Source of the DNA: an uncultured virus (IMG/VR IMGVR_UViG_3300002132_000024)
Taxonomy: Duplodnaviria; Heunggongvirae; Uroviricota; Caudoviricetes
Reading direction: 5' to 3' (one strand)
Virus record (IMG/VR): IMGVR_UViG_3300002132_000024
Coordinates: 1-64,000 of that record
DNA: 64,000 nt
Made by a program: the position numbers and the translations under genes. Under the pieces are notes generated by a model. The model worked only from the letters and a program-made list of their open reading frames with translations. It did no database searches and was not told the DNA's origin. Position 1 is the first letter of the stretch; every line of letters begins with the position of its first letter. This document shows, piece after piece, positions 1-9,947 of the stretch.

Positions 1-11
1 TAAACTTTAGT

Positions 12-2621
12 ATGTTTGAATACACCGGCTTATGGGACGGCGATAGTCTTGCTCCTGAGTGGAGTGACAGTATGCGTACACAATCAGGTATTCTTGCTAA
101 TAACCCATTGGGTTATGCATTGTTTAATACTTACATTGCACCAGTTATTAGTAAGCCTTCATTGGCAACTATTAACAGTATATTTGGCGATGGTAATACA
201 CCAGCACAAGATAATCCAGCACTAGCAGGCGTATCGGGTTATGTTGTCGACTTATTAGTTGGCGGCTCTCCTGCAGTAGATGACAATTCATCGTTGATTA
301 CAAATCCTAATGCAGAAATGCCAACATTTGTAGGTGACGGATTAAATGCAACTATTGATATTGGTTCCTTTATAGGAACTATCGATGGCGATACATTAAT
401 ATTCCGTCCTATTGAAAGCGACGGAGCAGTGACAATCACTGATGACAACTTGTTAGATACTGCAATCAGTGGCGGCTCGTTGTCAGCAATCAGTAATGCA
501 TATGTGACTGCAACAGGAACACTAGCAGAAGAAATAGCAATACTTGGCGGAAAGTTTATTGACCCAGACCAAGTACCAGCCCCAGAAGAAAATATTCCAG
601 GTCAAGTCCTTGATAGTGTTTCTATCAAAGTGTATAATAATACACCTTCTGGATCTGCTGCATTACAGTCTAAAATTTCTGAAGGCGACGGAACTACAAC
701 GGAGTATACAATAGGTCAAGCGGTTATTGAAAGCAATGCAGTCTTTGTGTACATTGATAAAATCAAACAAGATCTTAGTGTTAATTATACCTTAGACTTA
801 GAAAATTATAATGTAGAATTTACCACAGCACCTAGTGTTGGAACAATAGTAGAGATCCTATCACTAGGTATCGGCGGCCTTAAGATTCTCGATTATCAAC
901 AATTTGTCGCCGACGGCGCAACAAATTTATTCTTAACTAATGCAAATTATGATTATACATCAAGTATATTTGTGACAGTAAACGGAGAATATGTTGATAC
1001 AGGATTTAGAAACAGCACCGATGTAGTAGATGCAATTGGTAGAACATTGGTAGAATTCGGATTCTACCCAAATAATGGCGACATTATTAAGATTGTTTGT
1101 TTAGAAGCATCAAGTGATGTTGACTCTAGTGGTATTTCTATAGTAAAAGTTAACACACAAACTGTTTACTTTGAAGGTAGCACTAGAAGTTTTGACTTAG
1201 ATAGTTTCGTTGACTTATCAAGAGGATCAGCAGCAAACTCTATGATAGTCGAAGTTAACGGTTTAGTATTAAAAGGTGCAGATACTACTTATGCAGTATA
1301 CAACGGCACTACAAATGCGTTTACATTAGGAACAGATCCGTTTGAACCTGGTGGATCTATTCTACCTAGCAATATTAATGTATTTGTTAACAACGAATTA
1401 AAAGCATTTATCACTGACTACACATTTGAAGGCCCAACTAAAGTGTTAACTCTTAGTAATTTAACTATCGGCGATATTGTTAAAATTGAAAATGATCTAA
1501 GAGCTGAATATTCAATTGTTGGCAACAACATAGTGATTGATGGCGATGTTAATATATCTTCAGTTGACGAAACCGATAATGTTAGAATTGATGTGACATG
1601 GTTCTCTGAGTATCCGTCAATGGATATTATATCAGACGAAAAAGCAGGCGGTAAAGTACAATATCAATTAGCTAGAACTCCGATTTCTCCTAGCTATGTA
1701 TGGGTGTATAAAAACGGAGTGAGATTAACACAGGAACAAGATTATTATCTTTCATTGCCGAGAGGTGTTGTATATCTTAATGTTGATTCTACAGTAGATG
1801 ATAACATCAGAACTATTAGTTTCGCTACAGAAATATATCGATTACCTAGTGCTTATGAAATTAGCAAAGACATGTTAAACATATATCACTTTAAGCGATT
1901 TGCAAAAGGTGAAGTTAAATTAGCTAATGCTCTAAACTATTATGATACTACTATAACTGTTGATGATTCCAGCACATTAGCTGATCCTATTCCTAGCAGA
2001 AACGTACCAGGTGCTATTCATATTGATAATGAAAGAATCGAATACATGCAAAAGACTGGAAACGTTCTTAGCCAATTAAGAAGAGGAACCCAAGGTACTC
2101 CGATTAAAGAAGCATATGCTTCCGGATCAGCAGTAGTTGATGTTGGATACCAAGAAACTATTCCTTACAATGAGACCCAGGATAGATTTGACTTTTACAG
2201 TGATGGTAGCACATTAATAATAGGACCTTTGTCGTTTGCACCTTCTAAAGGATCAAGAAGTAGTACATGGTACCGAGATACTATACCTAGTACTTACGGT
2301 CCTTGCGACGAACTTGAGATTTTTGCTGCAGGCCGTAGATTGAAAAAGGATCCACAGTCTATATGGGTAGAGAATAACGGTGCGTACAGTCCAGATGCAG
2401 ATACTCAAGTAGAAGCAGAATTTTCCGTGGACGGTAGTGCTGCATATATACGTTTAACTAATATATTACCAGCAGGAACACGTATTACTTTAATTAGAAG
2501 ACAAGGAAAGACATGGTATGATAGAGGCGAAACAACCGCATCTAACGGTGTCACACTGCTTGAAAACGGTTCTCCGATCGCAAAATTCATTGCGCAAAAG
2601 AGCACGAGCATACCTGAATAA
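12..2621 (+). CDS. Large virion/baseplate structural protein, C-terminal part (frame is open to the window edge)
   Basis: 869+ aa of beta-rich repeats (GDGTTTEY, VFVYID, VTVNG); no stop upstream in frame; first gene of the structural block. Confidence 0.7.
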   Translation: MFEYTGLWDGDSLAPEWSDSMRTQSGILANNPLGYALFNTYIAPVISKPSLATINSIFGDGNTPAQDNPALAGVSGYVVDLLVGGSPAVDDNSSLITNPNAEMPTFVGDGLNATIDIGSFIGTIDGDTLIFRPIESDGAVTITDDNLLDTAISGGSLSAISNAYVTATGTLAEEIAILGGKFIDPDQVPAPEENIPGQVLDSVSIKVYNNTPSGSAALQSKISEGDGTTTEYTIGQAVIESNAVFVYIDKIKQDLSVNYTLDLENYNVEFTTAPSVGTIVEILSLGIGGLKILDYQQFVADGATNLFLTNANYDYTSSIFVTVNGEYVDTGFRNSTDVVDAIGRTLVEFGFYPNNGDIIKIVCLEASSDVDSSGISIVKVNTQTVYFEGSTRSFDLDSFVDLSRGSAANSMIVEVNGLVLKGADTTYAVYNGTTNAFTLGTDPFEPGGSILPSNINVFVNNELKAFITDYTFEGPTKVLTLSNLTIGDIVKIENDLRAEYSIVGNNIVIDGDVNISSVDETDNVRIDVTWFSEYPSMDIISDEKAGGKVQYQLARTPISPSYVWVYKNGVRLTQEQDYYLSLPRGVVYLNVDSTVDDNIRTISFATEIYRLPSAYEISKDMLNIYHFKRFAKGEVKLANALNYYDTTITVDDSSTLADPIPSRNVPGAIHIDNERIEYMQKTGNVLSQLRRGTQGTPIKEAYASGSAVVDVGYQETIPYNETQDRFDFYSDGSTLIIGPLSFAPSKGSRSSTWYRDTIPSTYGPCDELEIFAAGRRLKKDPQSIWVENNGAYSPDADTQVEAEFSVDGSAAYIRLTNILPAGTRITLIRRQGKTWYDRGETTASNGVTLLENGSPIAKFIAQKSTSIPE

Positions 2622-2624
2622 ATA
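2619..2624 (+). promoter_or_regulatory. T4-type late promoter core TAAATA
   Basis: GAATAAATA overlapping the upstream stop, directly before ATGATGATG. Confidence 0.55.
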
Positions 2625-2625
2625 C

Positions 2626-3300
2626 ATGATGATGGAATCAAAAGAGACTAAAATGCCGCAAAACACAGAAAACACATCCCAGAGTCCGGAAAAACGTCCA
2701 AACGAAGTTGGTGGATTCCACTTCGAAGGGCATATTAAAATATTTGATCCGGAATCTAAAGAAATTTACATCGACAAACGTAATGCAATTCATTATGAAA
2801 ACATGAGCGTAGCAATGGTGCAGAGCTTGAGTAATCAAGGGCAAGGCACTGTTTATCAAATGGCGTTTGGTACAGGAGGTACAATTGTTGATCCTACTGG
2901 ATTAATTACATATCTAACTCCAAACACCGTGGGTATAAATTCTAGTTTATATAATCAAACATATACAAAAGTTGTAGATCAAAACGCAATTGAAAACGTA
3001 GATCCTATTCGAAATAAAATGGAAATACGTCATATTAGTGGTGCAACATATAGTGACATCTTAATTAGTTGTTTGTTAGATTACGGTGAGCCACTTGATC
3101 AACAGGCGTTTGACAACTCTGTCGATATGAATGGAAACTTTGTTTTTGATGAATTAGGCTTAGTAGGTTATAATCCCAATGGAACAGGCAAACTATTAAC
3201 TCACGTTATTTTCCACCCTGTGCAAAAGTCATTGAACAGATTACTACAGATCGATTACACAATCCGTGTACAGAGCTTAACTGGTTTCACGGAGGTTTAA
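2626..3300 (+). CDS. Virion structural (baseplate/tail) protein
   Basis: GHIKIFD...DKRNAI...MAFGTGG...FDELGL pattern; start moved to the ATG run after the upstream stop. Confidence 0.6.
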   Translation: MMMESKETKMPQNTENTSQSPEKRPNEVGGFHFEGHIKIFDPESKEIYIDKRNAIHYENMSVAMVQSLSNQGQGTVYQMAFGTGGTIVDPTGLITYLTPNTVGINSSLYNQTYTKVVDQNAIENVDPIRNKMEIRHISGATYSDILISCLLDYGEPLDQQAFDNSVDMNGNFVFDELGLVGYNPNGTGKLLTHVIFHPVQKSLNRLLQIDYTIRVQSLTGFTEV

Positions 3301-3303
3301 TAG

Positions 3304-5415
3304 ATGCCATATACCGTTAATTTTACAGACAGCGATAATAAAACTCCAATTACTGTATTTGATAATACTTCGAGTACAGATACAAGTTTAACATTTCCTG
3401 GCAGAAATGTCACAGGTTATGGTCAAATTATTGCAGAAAACTTTTTAGCATTATTGGAAAATTTTGCTAGCTCAACTCAACCAATTAATCCTATCGAAGG
3501 TCAAATCTGGTATGACAGTACGAACGGCGTACTAATGCTATGGGACAATACTGCATGGAAAGCAGCATCGGGTATCCAAAAAGGCCCATCAGAACCAGCA
3601 GTGTCTGATAGTAAAGTTGGAGAGTTATGGGTTGATACTACTAATCAACAACTGCGTATTTTTACCGGAACTCGATGGTTATTAGTTGGTCCGAGTGAAA
3701 GTTCAGTTGACGGTCTGCGATACGGCCCAGTGGTCGAAAGCATTGCTGACTCTGACAACTTAACAAAATATATTTTAACATTTTATATTGCAGACATTCC
3801 TATAATTGTTTTCTCAAAAGACAGCTTTACGCCTAAAGTTTTAATTTCCGGATTTGATATCATTAGATCCGGCATTAACGTTTCATCCCCAGCAACTGGT
3901 ACTGAAATTGCAGAATTTGTTGGCGGCTTTTTGCCAACACTATATGGCACAGCAAAAAATTCAGACGCACTGAATGTTGCAGGTGTTGCTGTTGCTGCCG
4001 GTAAATTTTTAAGATCCGATGTTATCAATACAACTGACTACGGATTTAACGTTAGGAATAACAATGGTATTACCCTAGGAGTTGACGGAACATTTAATAT
4101 TTCTAATACAACTACTGCTGCTAAAATTTACAACTCTGCAGCAGGTAGTTCGATTGATATTCAGACAAACAGAAATGGCATTCCGTCAACTGTTTTGAAA
4201 GTTGTTGATAATAGAATTGGTATCAACAAAGCAGATCCAACTGAAACATTAGACATAGATGGTAATATTACATTAACTGGTGCAGTTATTGTCACTAGTA
4301 CCACTTCTAGCACTAATCTTAATAACGGTAGTATTCGAACAGCAGGTGGCGCATCGATAACAAAGAATCTATTAGTTGGTGACGGCGCCGACATAACTGG
4401 TACATTGCAGGTCAACAACATTCAGCCTAAAACTACCGACACTTATGATCTAGGAACAAGTTTAAAACGCTGGGATACTGTTAGAGCAAAAACTATTATT
4501 GCTGACACTATTCAAGGTGTGCTAGAAGGCAACATCAGCGGAAATTCTAATACAGCTACTAGCTTACGCAATGTCACAAGTTTTCAGCTATCAGGAGATG
4601 TTATTTCTCCTGCAGTACAGTTTGACGGACAAGTAGGTAGCTATACAAAAGTATTCAACACGTCTCTTACAGCTAATATTATTTCTGGAAAAGACACTCC
4701 GTTTCCTAACGTATCTAAAACTTCAGACTTTATTCTAACTTATAGAGCTAGCGAAGCGGCGTCAACTTCCTCAGGTCTATTAAAACAAACAAGAGACACA
4801 TTTGTTGGAGACTTAGGAATTCCAATGGGAGCTATACTTCCGTATGCAGGATCATCTGCACCTTACGGGTTTTTATTCTGCGACGGATCCGAAGTAGAAA
4901 GAACAAAGTATTCCTCTTTATATGATACAATCGGAACAGCATACAACGGAATAACTGCACTTGTAGGTGTAGGTACGTTTAGATTACCAGATCTTAGAGG
5001 AAGATTTCCACTGGGACGTGATAACATGGATAATGCTGGAACTGTTCCTATTGCATCAGGTGGCTATGTCGATGCCGGTGGCGGCACGGCAAGTCGAGTT
5101 CCAGACATCAAAGCCCAAACACTAGGTGGTGATGCAGGACAGAGCTCGACTACACTAACACTAGCAAATCTTCCAGAACATAGTCACTCATTAAGTTCTG
5201 CAAGACAAGACTACGCAGCAGTAGCAGTCACAACAACAATTGATCCAGACGCAGTGACAGGACTAGGTCCTACTGCTCCGGGTCAGGCACAGTATCTGAA
5301 AGATTCTGGAGGAATTAAAAAGCCTTCAGGAACAACATTAAGCACTGCTGTTGGTATTATGAACCCATATCTAACGATTAATTATATCATTAGATCTGGA
5401 CCACCCGCATTCTAA
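3304..5415 (+). CDS. Tail fibre/baseplate protein with C-terminal tail-collar domain
   Basis: PMGAILPYAG...GFLFCDGS...LYDTIG...FRLPDLRGRFPLG and terminal NPYLTINYIIR; N-terminal module shared with three neighbours. Confidence 0.8.
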   Translation: MPYTVNFTDSDNKTPITVFDNTSSTDTSLTFPGRNVTGYGQIIAENFLALLENFASSTQPINPIEGQIWYDSTNGVLMLWDNTAWKAASGIQKGPSEPAVSDSKVGELWVDTTNQQLRIFTGTRWLLVGPSESSVDGLRYGPVVESIADSDNLTKYILTFYIADIPIIVFSKDSFTPKVLISGFDIIRSGINVSSPATGTEIAEFVGGFLPTLYGTAKNSDALNVAGVAVAAGKFLRSDVINTTDYGFNVRNNNGITLGVDGTFNISNTTTAAKIYNSAAGSSIDIQTNRNGIPSTVLKVVDNRIGINKADPTETLDIDGNITLTGAVIVTSTTSSTNLNNGSIRTAGGASITKNLLVGDGADITGTLQVNNIQPKTTDTYDLGTSLKRWDTVRAKTIIADTIQGVLEGNISGNSNTATSLRNVTSFQLSGDVISPAVQFDGQVGSYTKVFNTSLTANIISGKDTPFPNVSKTSDFILTYRASEAASTSSGLLKQTRDTFVGDLGIPMGAILPYAGSSAPYGFLFCDGSEVERTKYSSLYDTIGTAYNGITALVGVGTFRLPDLRGRFPLGRDNMDNAGTVPIASGGYVDAGGGTASRVPDIKAQTLGGDAGQSSTTLTLANLPEHSHSLSSARQDYAAVAVTTTIDPDAVTGLGPTAPGQAQYLKDSGGIKKPSGTTLSTAVGIMNPYLTINYIIRSGPPAF

Positions 5416-5431
5416 TTAGGTCGATGGAAAT

Positions 5432-7261
5432 ATGGCATATCAAATAAACAAGACAGACGGAACTATTGTAGCAACGGTAGCAGACGGTCAAGTAGATAAT
5501 TTATCCACTGACCTTACTCTTATTGGTAAAAATTACAGCGGATTCGGCGAAGCATTTAATGAGAATTTAATCAAGCTACTAGAAAACTTTTCTAGTACGT
5601 CAGCTCCGACACATCCTATCAAAGGTCAAATTTGGTATGATACCAGCGAGTTAAAACTAAAGGTCTATAACGGCAGTAGTTTTATTCCTGTAAGTTCTGC
5701 TACAATTTCAAACACACAGCCTAGTACATTGGCAATTGGAGATTTGTGGTGGGACGACGTAGGCGGCCAGCTATATTTCTTTGACGGTACTACTCCGATC
5801 TTGATTGGTCCTGCTTATTCAAATACACAAGGATTAAGCGGACTAAAGGTAGATAGTATTCTTGATACACTTAACCAAACTCGAGTAGTCACATATCTTT
5901 ATAATAACGGTATCCTACTAGGAATATTTGCTAAAGATAGTTTTACACCTAAAAATGACATCATTGGATACAGTGGAAGCATTGGACCAGGATTTAATGC
6001 TGGTACATTAGCAGGAATTAAGTTTGATGTGACCTGTACCAATGCAGAGCAGTTAGGTGGCGCCGCAGCAACAATTTATATTCGAAGAGATACGTCAAAT
6101 GCTCTTGAGGGCCAACTACGTATTACTACAGACCTTGGTCTAGTTGTAGGTAGTGCAGGTCAGTTAAACTTGTATGTGACGGCAGGTGATGTTTACATGT
6201 CTAATGCATCAACTGATAAAAAATTAGTACTAAACGTTAGAAAAGGTATCGATCAAGAAGATGCTATTTCTATTAGTGCAGTTAATAGAACAGTTGATAT
6301 ATATGATGGCTTTACTGATAGTGTGACCACTATCGGCGGCGATTTAACAGTTATAGGCAACTTAACTGTTGAGGGAACACAGACGGTACTTAATACCGAA
6401 ACACTAACTGTTGAAGATACTAATATCATTATTGCTAACGTAGCATCTCCAACTGATGACACCGCAAACGGCGCAGGCCTTACAATCAAAGGCGCCACTG
6501 ATAAAACAATTGCTTATTCTACATCAGACAATTGGCTAGATATTTCAGAAACAATAAATTTAGCATCGGGAAAAGCACTATATATCGGAGATACATTAGT
6601 TATTAACGGAAATAGTTTAGGTTCTGCAATTACTAGTATTCCGGGTGTGACGTCTTTTGGTAAGCAAACTGTGGTTAACGTTGGCCCAGGTGGTGCCTTA
6701 GATCCTGCTTATTTGAGATTAGCAGATAACAGGATTTCTACATTGTCTAGCGATTTAGACATTGAGTTAGCACCAGACGGTGCTGGCAATGTTGCACTAA
6801 TTGGTAGTCCGAAAATTACAGGTCTTGCAGATCCTGCAGCTGAACAAGATGCAGCAACAAAAGAATATACTGACAATCGTATAGAAAGCAGACCTTTAGT
6901 ATTCAGTATTGATTTATCAGACGGTAAACCAAACACATACATTATTGCAAATATTTTAAATAATCTTGCTCCCCCTACAGAGTTTAGAACAGGAACTGTT
7001 GCAAGAGTGTTGTGTAATTTGATTAGTAATTCAAGCGTAAACTTAGCTATTAACTCTTTACCTCCATCACAGTCAACGGCACAGTTCTTAACAAACCTAG
7101 GCGGCGCAACTGCTCCGGCAGTCACTAATATCTCGTTCCCAACAGCTACTATTCCAGGGCAGTCGGTATCGACCACGAGAATTGTTAAACAGTTTTCAAT
7201 AGCAGGTCTTGCAGGATCTAGATATTGGCAACATGATAGCGATATAATTTTACCAGCATAA
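5432..7261 (+). CDS. Tail fibre-like structural protein (paralog 2)
   Basis: MAYQINKTDG...GKNYSGFGEAFNENLIKLLENF...GQIWYD module; DAATKEY motif. Confidence 0.7.
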   Translation: MAYQINKTDGTIVATVADGQVDNLSTDLTLIGKNYSGFGEAFNENLIKLLENFSSTSAPTHPIKGQIWYDTSELKLKVYNGSSFIPVSSATISNTQPSTLAIGDLWWDDVGGQLYFFDGTTPILIGPAYSNTQGLSGLKVDSILDTLNQTRVVTYLYNNGILLGIFAKDSFTPKNDIIGYSGSIGPGFNAGTLAGIKFDVTCTNAEQLGGAAATIYIRRDTSNALEGQLRITTDLGLVVGSAGQLNLYVTAGDVYMSNASTDKKLVLNVRKGIDQEDAISISAVNRTVDIYDGFTDSVTTIGGDLTVIGNLTVEGTQTVLNTETLTVEDTNIIIANVASPTDDTANGAGLTIKGATDKTIAYSTSDNWLDISETINLASGKALYIGDTLVINGNSLGSAITSIPGVTSFGKQTVVNVGPGGALDPAYLRLADNRISTLSSDLDIELAPDGAGNVALIGSPKITGLADPAAEQDAATKEYTDNRIESRPLVFSIDLSDGKPNTYIIANILNNLAPPTEFRTGTVARVLCNLISNSSVNLAINSLPPSQSTAQFLTNLGGATAPAVTNISFPTATIPGQSVSTTRIVKQFSIAGLAGSRYWQHDSDIILPA

Positions 7262-7281
7262 TGAATTCAGGAGCGGCATAG

Positions 7282-9555
7282 ATGGCCTATATAATTAACA
7301 AATACAGCGGAGAACAATTAATAGTTCTTGAAGATGGAACTATTAATACCTCAACTAGTCTCGGCCTTGTAGGCAGAAACTATGTAGGATACGGCGAAAC
7401 GCAAAATGAAAATTTTGTATACCTATTAGAAAACTTCGCTAACGAATCTGCTCCGTCCCGGCCGATGCAAGGTCAGCTATGGTTTGATTCAGCCAACGGA
7501 GTGCTTAATGTATATGATGGTACTAGTTGGGCGATTGTTGGATCCGCAGCATTATCTGATATACCGTTAACAGATCCAAAACCGGGCGCATTATGGTTGA
7601 AGACTCCTGTTAATACACTAAATGTGTGGACAGGAACTGAGTGGAGATTTATTGGTCCAGAAGCAGTTGACGGATTCGGTAATACTAGAGCTAGGTCAGC
7701 ATCAGTTGATGACTATCTAGGAAATCCTAAGCCAGTTATAATTATAGAAACCAACGATACTGCGGTTGCTGTTATAACAGCAGAAGCATTTACAATCAAT
7801 CCTGCATTTTCAATTTTAGGTATTAGTAATAATTTAATTGCAGGTATTAACCTTGCTGACGGTAAAAAGATTAACGGCGATGTGACTGGTAGTGCAGCTA
7901 GCGCTGAAAAATTAACAAATAGCCGGTTTATCAACAATGTTGCATTTGATGGTCAACAAAATATAACAATTAGAGCATCCACAACTAATTCACTTATAAA
8001 GGGTGATTATATTACTGGAAGTAATTTTGATGGTACTACTCAACAAACGTGGTCAGTTGATGCTACATCCTCGAATGTAATAGGCAAGCTCGTTGCACGT
8101 AATGCTCAAGGCGGCTTTTCTGCAGGATTAATTACTGCATCATTCTCAGGAAACTTATCAGGGAATGTGACAGCAGACAGCGGCGTATCTACATTTAATG
8201 AAGTACGGGCTACTAACTTTGTTGGCGCAACACTAAGTGGAAATGCATTTAGTGCATCACAACTAGAAACAACTAGATCTATCAATGGGGTAAGTTTTAA
8301 CGGAACTAGTGATATAACAGTTCCAGCAGCAGCAAGCACAATTACCGGAACAACACTCAATTCTACAGTCACAGTATCTAGTTTACAACGAGTAGGTACA
8401 TTAATTGATGTATCAGTTGCAGACAGCGGAATTAGCATAGGTAGCTCAGGACAACTTAGATTACAAGTTGATTCGTCAATTCCTACTATTAGATCGCAAA
8501 CCGGTACATTGAATTTTGATATGGGGTCAACTGGTCCTGATATTTCGTTTGTAGATTCTGCAACTTCCTTATCGTTAGGCGGCCCAAGTGCTCCTGCAAT
8601 TATTGGAGACAATACAACAAACTTAGGTATCGTAGGATATAAGTTTAACAACATCTATGCTAACAGCTTAGTTGGAAATGCTGATACATCGACACTGGCA
8701 ACAACTGCAACTAACATTGTAGGCGGCGGCCTAGGTGCAATACCTTATCAGACAGCAGCCGGTACAACATCGATGCTAGGATTAGGAGCAGACAACTATG
8801 TACTACGAGCAAGGGCTAGTGGCCCATCTTGGGAATCGTTAACACTTGAACAGTTAACCAAGGGTAGTTATGTTAATATGATTAACACTTCTACTAGCGG
8901 TAGTGTTGATTCGTTTAGTTCAACAGTCGGAGTCACAATTTCAGTTGATGCTACTTCAGCAAACACAGCAAGTAAAGTAGTTGCTAGAGACAGTAGTGGT
9001 AATTTTGTAGCAGGTACTATCACTGCAAGTTTAACTGGTAATGTTAGTGGTAATGCTACAACAGCAACAACATTACAAACTGCTAGAAGTATCAACGGAG
9101 TTAGCTTTAACGGAAGTGCTGACATAACTGTGACAGCATCTGACACTACAAAAGTTCCGTTAGCTGGCGGAACAATGTCAGGGTATTTAACACTAGTTGG
9201 AGCACCTACTGCTGCTAACCATGCTGCTACTAAAACATATGTTGACGGTCGACTACCACAGTATACATTTACATACGGCAATACTGTTTACAGCACAACA
9301 GGATTCACTAATCAAGTTGGCTCGTTTAATAACGGTGCTAACTATTTTGACGTTTTTCCACCGGCCGGCAAAACAATGGGCAACCTAGTAGCATTTGTTC
9401 CGTCGATTGCAGTGATACATTATGCAGGCGGAGTTGATGGCAACGACTCGCTACGTTGTACCTGGAGTCAACTAGCAGATAGGGTTAGAGTTTATGTACA
9501 GAACACCGAACAACGCTCTACACCAGCGGCAAACTACATGGCAATTTGGAGCTAA
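7282..9555 (+). CDS. Tail fibre protein (paralog 3)
   Basis: Shared N-terminal module; repeats RSINGVSFNGxxDITV and VARDSSGNF; HAATKTYVD. Confidence 0.75.
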   Translation: MAYIINKYSGEQLIVLEDGTINTSTSLGLVGRNYVGYGETQNENFVYLLENFANESAPSRPMQGQLWFDSANGVLNVYDGTSWAIVGSAALSDIPLTDPKPGALWLKTPVNTLNVWTGTEWRFIGPEAVDGFGNTRARSASVDDYLGNPKPVIIIETNDTAVAVITAEAFTINPAFSILGISNNLIAGINLADGKKINGDVTGSAASAEKLTNSRFINNVAFDGQQNITIRASTTNSLIKGDYITGSNFDGTTQQTWSVDATSSNVIGKLVARNAQGGFSAGLITASFSGNLSGNVTADSGVSTFNEVRATNFVGATLSGNAFSASQLETTRSINGVSFNGTSDITVPAAASTITGTTLNSTVTVSSLQRVGTLIDVSVADSGISIGSSGQLRLQVDSSIPTIRSQTGTLNFDMGSTGPDISFVDSATSLSLGGPSAPAIIGDNTTNLGIVGYKFNNIYANSLVGNADTSTLATTATNIVGGGLGAIPYQTAAGTTSMLGLGADNYVLRARASGPSWESLTLEQLTKGSYVNMINTSTSGSVDSFSSTVGVTISVDATSANTASKVVARDSSGNFVAGTITASLTGNVSGNATTATTLQTARSINGVSFNGSADITVTASDTTKVPLAGGTMSGYLTLVGAPTAANHAATKTYVDGRLPQYTFTYGNTVYSTTGFTNQVGSFNNGANYFDVFPPAGKTMGNLVAFVPSIAVIHYAGGVDGNDSLRCTWSQLADRVRVYVQNTEQRSTPAANYMAIWS

Positions 9556-9557
9556 TA

Positions 9558-9914
9558 ATGCACTACGTATGTATAGAAAATAACACAGTAATTAGTATAT
9601 TAAACTACGAACCGTCGGTTCCTGCAACAGTGACAGTTTCACCGATCACTGATGAAGAGTATACTAGTATAGAAGGTCAAACGCACTATTTTGATGTTGC
9701 ATCAAATAGTGTTTTACTGATGTCGTCTGAAATAACTGCACAGAAAGAAACTGAGCTAGCAAACGGCACAGAACGAGAATATTTAAACAGTACAGACTGG
9801 AAAGTGCTACGTCATATTAGACAAAAAGCATTGGGTATTACAACTAGTTTAACAGAAGAAGAATATTTAACACTCGAACAACAGCGAGAAGACGCTGCTG
9901 CTCGTATAGTTTAA
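9558..9914 (+). CDS. Putative tail fibre assembly chaperone
   Basis: Small ORF after a fibre gene with the YLNSTDWKVLR motif typical of fibre chaperones. Confidence 0.55.
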   Translation: MHYVCIENNTVISILNYEPSVPATVTVSPITDEEYTSIEGQTHYFDVASNSVLLMSSEITAQKETELANGTEREYLNSTDWKVLRHIRQKALGITTSLTEEEYLTLEQQREDAAARIV

Positions 9915-9919
9915 TACAA

Positions 9920-9925
9920 TAAATA
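9920..9925 (+). promoter_or_regulatory. Late promoter core TAAATA
   Basis: Intergenic AATAAATA about 22 nt before the ATG at 9948. Confidence 0.55.
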
Positions 9926-9947
9926 ATAGACATTAGGGGCTAACAGA

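Noticed and set aside
2518..2625. Extended N-termini in the ORF track (also 27873, 51871, 53148, 54736, 55214, 56879, 57666, 58837)
   Set aside because: They overlap upstream genes or promoters; downstream starts fit RBS, coupling or family N-termini better
8106..8654. Long antisense ORFs in the track (also 6709-7176, 38142-38651, 43341-43973, 52670-53239, 62853-63326)
   Set aside because: Shadows of well-supported genes on the opposite strand, with no RBS or recognisable motifs
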